Shown piece by piece: positions 55,823-64,000 of a DNA stretch of 64,000 nucleotides. The notes beneath the pieces are model-generated. The model was not told where the DNA came from. It saw only the letters and a list, made by a program, of their open reading frames with translations, and ran no database searches. Location: the NCBI RefSeq assembly GCF_009914755.1, contig NC_060925.1; one strand, given 5' to 3'. The position numbers were made by a program, and so were the translations under genes. The DNA is from the human T2T-CHM13v2.0 reference genome, Homo sapiens. How positions within the stretch are numbered: the stretch's first letter is position 1; the number at the start of each line of letters is the position of its first letter.

Positions 55823-58288
55823 GAGGAAAATATTTTCTTAACTGCAATTTTAATATAACCTAAACTATGTATTCTTGGCCCTTGTTCGCAAATAATTCAT
55901 GACTACAGTTGCAATAGTAGTAGAAACATACTCATCACTCACAACACATAAATTCAGGCCAGTTTACTGGGAATAATTTCTGCTTATGTATTCTCTTCGT
56001 TGCTTTATTAAACAAAATTTTATATTTTTACTACAATATGCTTACAGAAAAGATAGTCATAAAATACAGTGAATGTCTCAAGAACCACTGATATATTTGC
56101 TCAGCCGATTTGGAACTCTGTGACCCTAGAAAGTTCACTTAATCTCTATAGTTCACATCTCAATTGGTAAAATGGGATGATAGAGGCAATGATCTACTGA
56201 GCTCAGGGATTAATACAAAACACAGATTCTTTTTTTTTTTTTTTTTGGTACAACATAGCTTTTGCTTATTTCATTGCTCTTTAGTATCACCTATAGGAAG
56301 TACACAGAAAAAGGAAACAACGTTGAAACAAATGCATCACTTTTAAACTTTAGTTCCTAAATGTACCAGTAATTATAATTGAGGTATGAACTGCAGTCAC
56401 TTTTTCTAAGACAAACTTTCTAAATTTCTATTATTCTCTGAAAACCTCGTTTCTGTTGGTATAGTTTTCCTATTATTAATAAAGACATTTGATTCTGAGT
56501 TTTAGCAAACAACCTGACATAGTGAAAGGGGAGAGTGTCCTGGAGAAAGCAGGGATCATGGAATTAGGAAACTGATATTTACCACTGACTCTGGGCCAGT
56601 TTATTGAATCTCTTCAATCCTCAGATTTCTTATCTTTCAGAAAATTGGGACCAACAAAATATACCCTAAAAAGATTATAATGAGAATTTGAACTACATTA
56701 CTGGTCAGATGAAAATGACATAAAACATTTTTATCAATATGCCCTGGGGTCCAGGACCTGTGTTCTTTCTCTGAGTACCTGAGTAAGCTCCTACCAACAT
56801 TTGGTTTTTCAGTAGTAAAATAGAGGTAATATCTGTTTCAACTACCTCACAGAGTTATTCGTTGAACAAAAAGCAGTAAAATTACTTTTATTTATTGCAA
56901 AATGCTATAGAAATAATTAGTGTTCACTAAGGTTTTATGGAAGTTTAAACATTATTAGTTTTTTAATATTTGAATAGACTTGCTTAGGTTGAAACTTCAA
57001 TAAGGTGTTAGGTATCAGACACACAGAGTTCAATGATCCGCCTTGTGTTTTTGTCCACTGCTTTCTCATTTTGCTGCTAAGGGTAAGCACCAGAGTTGGC
57101 CTGTGTCAGAATTGAGAATGAGGAGTGGGCTGCCTTTGCTGCTTCTCACTGTCCCCCACTTTCTCTGCAGTGCCCACTGTGAGATGCTCCTATTCTCATG
57201 CTGAATTTCATCCTCTTGCTCATTACTTCCATAAATTATTCCTTAGAAAGAGCAAAGAATGAATTAAATAATTAATTTTGAGCATTTGCATAACAATACA
57301 AAACTATCCTTTTTAAAGATTTGCCACATGATTTTAGTTTTGTGAAAAATGTTAGAGTCATGTATCTATTTAATCAGCATTTTCCATTCAGTGTCTTTAT
57401 GGTGCCTAGTCTGTCATATTCTCATTAGTTTTCTTTTTTTCAATTTGTCAATGGCTTCACCTGTGTTCCTTACAATTATTTAGCTCTGTGTTTATCAACT
57501 TCATGAAGATTTGCATATATTGCAAGATTTACAATTTTAGTTGGCACTATATGTAGTTGGCACTGTAATTTTATTGTAATATTAGGTATTTACAGTATCT
57601 GGCAATCAGCAAGAAACAGATAAAAATGCTTTGACATAACGGGTGAAAACACAGGCTAGTGATTAATTCATCAGTGAACGTATCCGTGTTATTAAGACCT
57701 TGCATTCTTACACGACTGCCAATTGCAGGAACTCGTAAGAAATGCAGAAGGAGGCTAGCTATGACTCTATTTAAAAAGTACTACTATTATTATTCCCATT
57801 TTACACATGAGAAACTGAGCCTTATCCATGTTGAGGAAGTTGACAAGAAAGATGTTTCGTATGGCAGAATCAGGACTTAAATCTGTATCGGTTTGACTTT
57901 CTGAGTTCTTCAGACATCATAGAACTTACTATTTGGTTATGTGTTTTTGAGGAAGAGCAAAGAAAGAAGTAATGAGACAAGATAATAAAACTGTTAATTA
58001 AGTGTACTATTATGTGACCTAGACTATGCGTTTTTCATGAATTCAGAAAGAGTATGGGACCGTAATATTAGAGTGGGTGGGGGGGAGTGGGCGCTGGATT
58101 TGCAGATCATTTGGTAATGTCCTCGTTATTTGGATGAGGAAACTGAAGTCAAGACAAGTAAAGTGATTGTCCCAAACTGACAAAAATGGCTCTTAAACTA
58201 GAACTCCTACTTTTTTCTAAGATAAATTTGTAACTAATTAAAAATAATATATATTCTAATGGTCAAATTAGAACTTTTTAGTAATGTA

Positions 58289-58757
58289 CAACAGGCACTC
58301 AAATAATATTTTATTCAATGCCATTTTATTCAACTTCATTTCATTATAACATTGATGAGAAAAAAATGTGATTCCCCATCGGGGCTACTGTCTGTGTGGA
58401 GTTTGCACATTGTTCTGTCCAGGATGGGTTTCTGCTTGGCTACCTGAGCTGTCAGGAAGGACTTTGGCCACCTGTGACCATGAACTGAAATAATAGGGTA
58501 AATAATTATCTTACTTGTTTGTATTAATCTTTCTTAAATGGATGTATAGCTTACATTTATCTCAAGGTTTAAGATTAGAAGGGTTTTGTTTTTTAGTTAG
58601 AAGTTTGGTGACATTTTTGTGAGCAGAAATACACTCTAAGAATTTATCTCTTTTTTATATTAGTTAGCCTATGGTAAAATTGACTTCAATAGTCATCATT
58701 TCACTTAAAGTTGCAGTTTTCAAGAACCTACCAATAATGTTATGTGAGACCTTATTG
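58289..58757 (+). mobile_element. MER6A-like TcMar-Tigger DNA element, internally deleted
   Basis: ttataacattgatgagaaaaaa..ctgtctgtgtggagtttgcac, cacttaaagttgcagttt.caagaaccta; TA on both flanks. Confidence 0.8.
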
Positions 58758-59451
58758 TACATCATAAAGTTTTTCAAACTGGAGAAGAAAAGACCATGAA
58801 AGAGAACAGAGACTTAGTACTATGGTGACACAGAAGAGGCAAAGAAAAAAGTAGAATGATTCACCCATTAAACCTGCCTTTATGGAAATTTATATAAGGC
58901 ACTGTTGGGTCCTGTAGCTAAGGAATTATGGAATTATTAAGTAGCTTACACAGTCTGTTAGGGAACAGAGACAATTCTACAAAGAATACTATAATGGAGT
59001 AAGGACAATTTAAAAGGAAAGTCATAGAGTGGTATGGCCACTAGGAGTGGGAAGTTATTAATTCAGCCTAAGGGATTCCCACTGATCTTGTAAGGCTTCA
59101 CAGAAGTGACAATTAAGTTTACTGGGCACCTGAGGGGCAGGGAGCTATTCCAACTAGAAAGAACTGCAAAGGGATAACGTATTATAAAGCAAATATGTTA
59201 CAGGAATAGCAAGAAATTCAAAGAGGTCCTAAATACTTATGCAAAAGCCTCAGAGATGCATTTTGAATAATTTTTGGCTTGTGAAAATTGTAGAATCATT
59301 CTGACCAGAAAGGTTTTGCTCATTTCTAATTTTACTTAAGTCAAAAATCCTTCAGAATACATTTCTAACTTTCTAGTGTTAGCATTAGCAGCCTCCACAT
59401 TAACATTCAAAGTTTAATAATCAGCACAACCTGTAAGTGTTGACCACCCAT

Positions 59452-59489
59452 CAACACCTGCAACACCTGCAACAACCTGCAACACCTGC
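59452..59489. repeat. (CAACACCTG)x4 tandem repeat
   Basis: Visible directly; the third unit has a 1 nt insertion. Confidence 0.9.
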
Positions 59490-60489
59490 TGCATCACCTT
59501 GGCTATATTTTGCTTTTATGCCTTTGAAGAAATTTGTAGACTTTGCTAGGCTACTTGCTTTTCAGTTATAAAGGGAAACATTCACATTTTACTCCATAAA
59601 TTTGCACAATCATTGTGTGTCAATCAAACATAAATAAAACTTAAAGAGAAAAGAATCCATTAGAATTAACTAAAATAGCACTGACTAAATGTGAGTGGAT
59701 GCAATGAGAATCTTCATGGTTCCATTAGCAAAAAAAAAAACAAAAACTTCTCTGTATGGTATCTGCAGCTTGCTGTGTGTTTCTCTCTCAGAATATTTAT
59801 CATTCATAAAACTTACTTGGTGTTTTCTTTTTTTGTACGGAAAGCAAACTCTCATTTCTTAACATTTTTATGCTTCTGTGGAACTCTTTGGCTGTTAAAG
59901 TTTATGTAAGAACTTCTATTTCATAATAGCTTACTGTTTGGTCCCTTCCCTCCTTGGAGCTCAGGATAGACTAGGTCTTGAGGGGAGGGATGACATCTTA
60001 ACCATCTAGTATTTCCAGTATCTAGCACTTAGTAGTTGTTTAATCAATGAAAAGTGGATGATTGAGAATAATTGAATAAAACTGTTGTGAAAGCCCCATT
60101 AATCTGAGGATCTATATATTGGCCAGGGTGGGCCTGGTAAGAAGTAAAATTTAGTGTCTAAGAGAGATTACCTGAAATATTGGAATTTCAGGGAACCAAA
60201 ATTAGCACCTCTTTTTTTCACCCACTCCTGAATTTATGAAATGAGATACATAAAACAAATGGAGATTTAAACATACTAAGTAAAAAAAAATATTAATAGT
60301 AACTGGTAAGTTCTTTGGAGATCATGACTTACATCTGCTGTCAAAATAGTTCACAGATACTTCATCCCAGGGTTAGGCAGATTTATCTTCAAGTCATCAG
60401 CTTAGCTGGACACTGCAGGGTTCTCCTATTATGTGATAGGCAATAGAAATATTGTGCTGAAAAAGTCCTGCTTTCACACTGTTGAAGTG

Positions 60490-63400
60490 AAGTGAATGGA
60501 TAATTTGGATATGGTGTAATGGTGAACTATAGGGAATTAAGGGAGGACAGGGGAGAGTCTCATGGCTTTGACTTAGAAAGCTCAAGGAATGAAATATCCA
60601 AGATGTGTTTTGAAGGAAGGATAAGAGCTGTCTAATAAAGAAGGGAATGCTCTAGACCAGAAAACCAAACCAAAGAAAACAAACATGAAGTGTTTGAGGA
60701 ACAAAGCTTTTTGTTTTTAATGATCAGAGGGTAGAAGATGAATGGCGGAAGAGAAGACAAGGAGGAGGAAAAGAAGAAAGAAGGGAGTAAGAATGAGACA
60801 GGAAAGCTTACTGAGGATGGATCAGGAAGGGCTTTGCAAGCAATTTTATGTAGTATCCACTGGACCCTCTCCTAAGGGAACAAACAGCGGATAACTGAAT
60901 GGTTCTTAGCAGGAGGATGGCACAATAGATCTTTCACTGTGTGAAACACTAAGAAAGATTGCAAAATAAACATTTAGGAGGCTTGAGCTCCAGGCAAGGC
61001 AGGAAAGTTGGAGAGAGGTCAACAGATCGGAGACACTTGTAGGATGTAAAGTCAAGAGGATTGGTGGTAGGTTATTTAAAGAAGGGGGCGGCCGATGCCC
61101 AGGTTCTCTGTCTTAGAGAAAGAGATGATGGGCCATAACATGAGCTACAGTTGCATCTAGTTGCTATGGATTTATTTGCTAAAAGAGGATTTTTTTTTTC
61201 TCAGTCTCAGCTGGAACAAATGCTCTCCCATGTTCGTCTTTGCCCAAGATGTGATCCGGAACAGTTCAATACAATTAGCAACTTCAGTTCAGATCATTGG
61301 CAGGATTGAAATAGCAAAGCGTGATATCACCTACAAATCAAGATGTATTACTAAGCATCCTTAGGGTGCTTTGGATCTGTATGATTAGCTTCCCCATTGA
61401 TCATGTGTTCAGGCTGAATTTCACTGTCCTGTCTTCAGAGAATACAGATGACTAATAATCCAGATGTAGCTGGTTAGAGGATTCTACTGCAAGAAGAAAA
61501 TTTTGACTCTAGTAAAGCCAACCCTCTTCAAAATCATAGATCATGAAAAAATCTTTAAAGCTATTTAGGACAATGTTTTCAACCCTGGGTCAAGATCCAT
61601 TCATGAGTTACGAAATCACTTATGTGGCTTACATCTTGCTTGTTTGTCTTAAAAACTGAACTAGAATGTAATAGACTAGAATAGAAAATATCAAAGCACA
61701 TCACATATATAGCAAATGGATTTTTTTTTTTTGTGAAACAAGCATGGATAGGAACAGAGAAGAAAGGCATTTTGGTAGCAATAACAACCTGAACGAAGGT
61801 AGAAAGGTAGGAAAACATAAAGAATGTGTGGAGAATATCAAGTAGTTCATGATGGCTATGGTGAGTATATGGTAGATGATTTGTGGAAGATAAAATTGGA
61901 TAATCACTGAAACCCATATTATATTGGGACATGAAAAACAACTCAGGAATTAGCATGTCATTCAGTAGGCAATAGAGAATCATGGAAGGTTCTTGAGCAG
62001 GGAATCTACATGATGGAAAGTTTAATATGAGAGCAGTGGGGACGATCATTCTTTACAGAAATCGGGTAGCAGTTGTAGCAATAATCCAGACACAGGGAAC
62101 TAAAAATCTACATGTTAAATTTCTTCCTACCTCAGAGCTTTACACATGCCATTCCCTTTGCCTGGGTCACTCTCCACCACAGCTTTTACCACCTTATTCT
62201 AGCTATTTACTTCTAGTTTTTTTTTATATTAGTCAAATTTTTTATCTAAGAGAAATTTTCTGACCTCCCCAAGACTCCTATTATATATATCACTCTTGAT
62301 CAGGTAATTAATGTGCTGTTATTTCATGTCTGTGTCCTCTGCTAGAATGCAATGTCCATAAGCAGAAGGAATCTGTCTTGTTTACAGCAGTTATCTCTAG
62401 CAATTAGGGTGCCTTGCACACTGTTGACTAATAACTTTTTGCTGAATAAATGAAGGAGCTGTGATAGTTACCATAGAAAAAAATTAAACACGGAGGACAT
62501 TGGAAAGGAAAATCAGCATGACTCAGGGATTTACTGGGTCTTACACCAAGGGAAAGGAAAAGCCAGAGATTCAGTCATTCCTCTGTAAACAAACATTTGT
62601 TCCACATACCCTGTGTGTAAGACACTGGTGCTGGGCCCTGGGAACATGGAGATGAACAAGACATAGTTCCCTCAAATCGAGATGCTCACAGTTGGCAATC
62701 ATCAAATTCTTATATAATCCTTACTATAAGCCCAGTACTTTTTTGTTTAAAGCACTTTATATACATTAACTGGACAACAATTTTATGAGGCAGATACTAT
62801 TATCAGTCCCATTTTATAGCTAAGTTTTGTAGAAATTAAGCCAAGGAGAAATTAAATAACTTGCCTAAGTTCACACTGGTAAGTGTCAGAGCTGGGATTT
62901 GGTTGCTTTTTCCTAACTCCTAAGCTATATTGCTTCTTTGATTTTCACAAAGTGGCATAATAATAGATAGTTCAGAATACCTGGTCCAGAAGTAGCCCAG
63001 AAAAGAAAGTGGCCATCTATCCAGAAGGCAGAGTCAAGGAAGGGGACGTGACAGTGTCATGTGGAAAGAGTGATAGGGAAAACATTACAGGTGATAGCAT
63101 TTCAAGGCAAGAAAATATGAAAAAAAATGATATTTTGGGAGATCTACAATCCGTTTAGAATTTCTGGTGAATTCCTGAAGGGAGAGGACAACAGATAAAG
63201 CTACTGATGAGGTCAGCAGGAGAGGTTTGTCTACCACCCTAAGGCATTGAGACCTAATTCCAAAGGTTGTCAGGAACATGGGACTATCAAAAGCAGTAGG
63301 GGTGTGGTGAAGTGGGATATGATCCAAAATCAGACTTGCTGATTGGGAATACCACCCCAGCAGTAGTGAGGAAGGATAGGTTTAGAGTGTGAGCTGGAAA

Positions 63401-64000
63401 TAGAGAGACAGATTAGGAAGTGACTGCAATCAGACAGGCAAGAGATTATGAGGGACCCCTTTAAGGAATTAACAGTGGACACAGAAAGGATTTAAGAGCA
63501 CTGCAGAACTTGGAGAGTCACTGGATGTTGGGAATAGAAAGGAAGCAAGCTAAGGATCTCTTCAGGGTTCTTGACTTATAAAATCAGGCCACAAAAAGAT
63601 AGGTGGGACAACAGAGATGAAAGATGGTAAGTTATTTTTGGAGCATGTTTCATTAGAGATAGGCTGACTTCCTGGGTAAAAAGTCCTGTACTTGGCAATG
63701 TGGAGTCTTTACTTACTAAGAAGTTTGAAGCTCGCAAGTGTTAGTGGAAGTTGTGGATGTGATGAAGACATGGCGGGAAAGGACAAATCCAAGAACCAAC
63801 GGAAGGGCTGAGCACAGAACCTTGAAGGATCAATCACAGTAGGGGTGGGAAGAAGAGGAGCCTGAAGAGAAGAGCAGAGATGACATGACTAGAGAGGCAG
63901 GAAGACACTCATCTAGAGCCACATCACAGAAACAAAATTGCCACACCTTTCCTGGACTGTCATCCGGGAAATTCCTACTCATTTCTTCTTCAAAGTTCAA
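60490..64000. mobile_element. Mosaic of L2 and MIR fragments with short unique gaps
   Basis: L2 motifs (gaaggttcttgagcaggga, gctgaataaatgaa, aaacatttg..cctgtgtgtaagacactg) and a MIR core at ~62720-62930; boundaries approximate. Confidence 0.6.

Noticed and set aside
58385-58412. V-SINE-like core ctgtctgtgtggagtttgcac
   Set aside because: Known component of MER6, not an independent element

Overview
AT-rich, CpG-depleted primate (very probably human/hominoid) genomic DNA, intronic or intergenic. No intact protein-coding gene, tRNA/rRNA or CRISPR array can be supported; the long ORFs are L1 ORF2 pieces, THE1 internal-ORF remnants, antisense LTR/Alu frames or simple repeats. Much of the window is transposon-derived: three full-length THE1 (MaLR) proviruses, one THE1 and three MST solo LTRs, a ~2 kb MER52 solo LTR, a 3.3 kb L1PA2-like insertion with a twin-priming 5' inversion, five Alus, and older L1M, L2, MIR, MLT1, LTR16/33, Charlie, MER5, MER6 and MADE1 remnants. 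The signals not explained by repeat annotation are: (i) three short local copies of nearby DNA (a ~145 bp inverted copy, a 57 bp E-box module copy, a ~87 bp L1 copy) that look like templated insertions; (ii) tandem duplications in two different THE1 interiors that break at the same motif; (iii) an E-box/MCAT enhancer-like cluster and a GATA/CACC cluster; (iv) several plus-strand exon-like segments, one with a strong Kozak ATG; (v) a telomere-spaced G-quadruplex inside an AGCT-rich hexamer repeat. I did not find a convincing new biological system. Subfamily names are from memory of consensus sequences and need RepeatMasker/Dfam confirmation, and I could not identify the locus.
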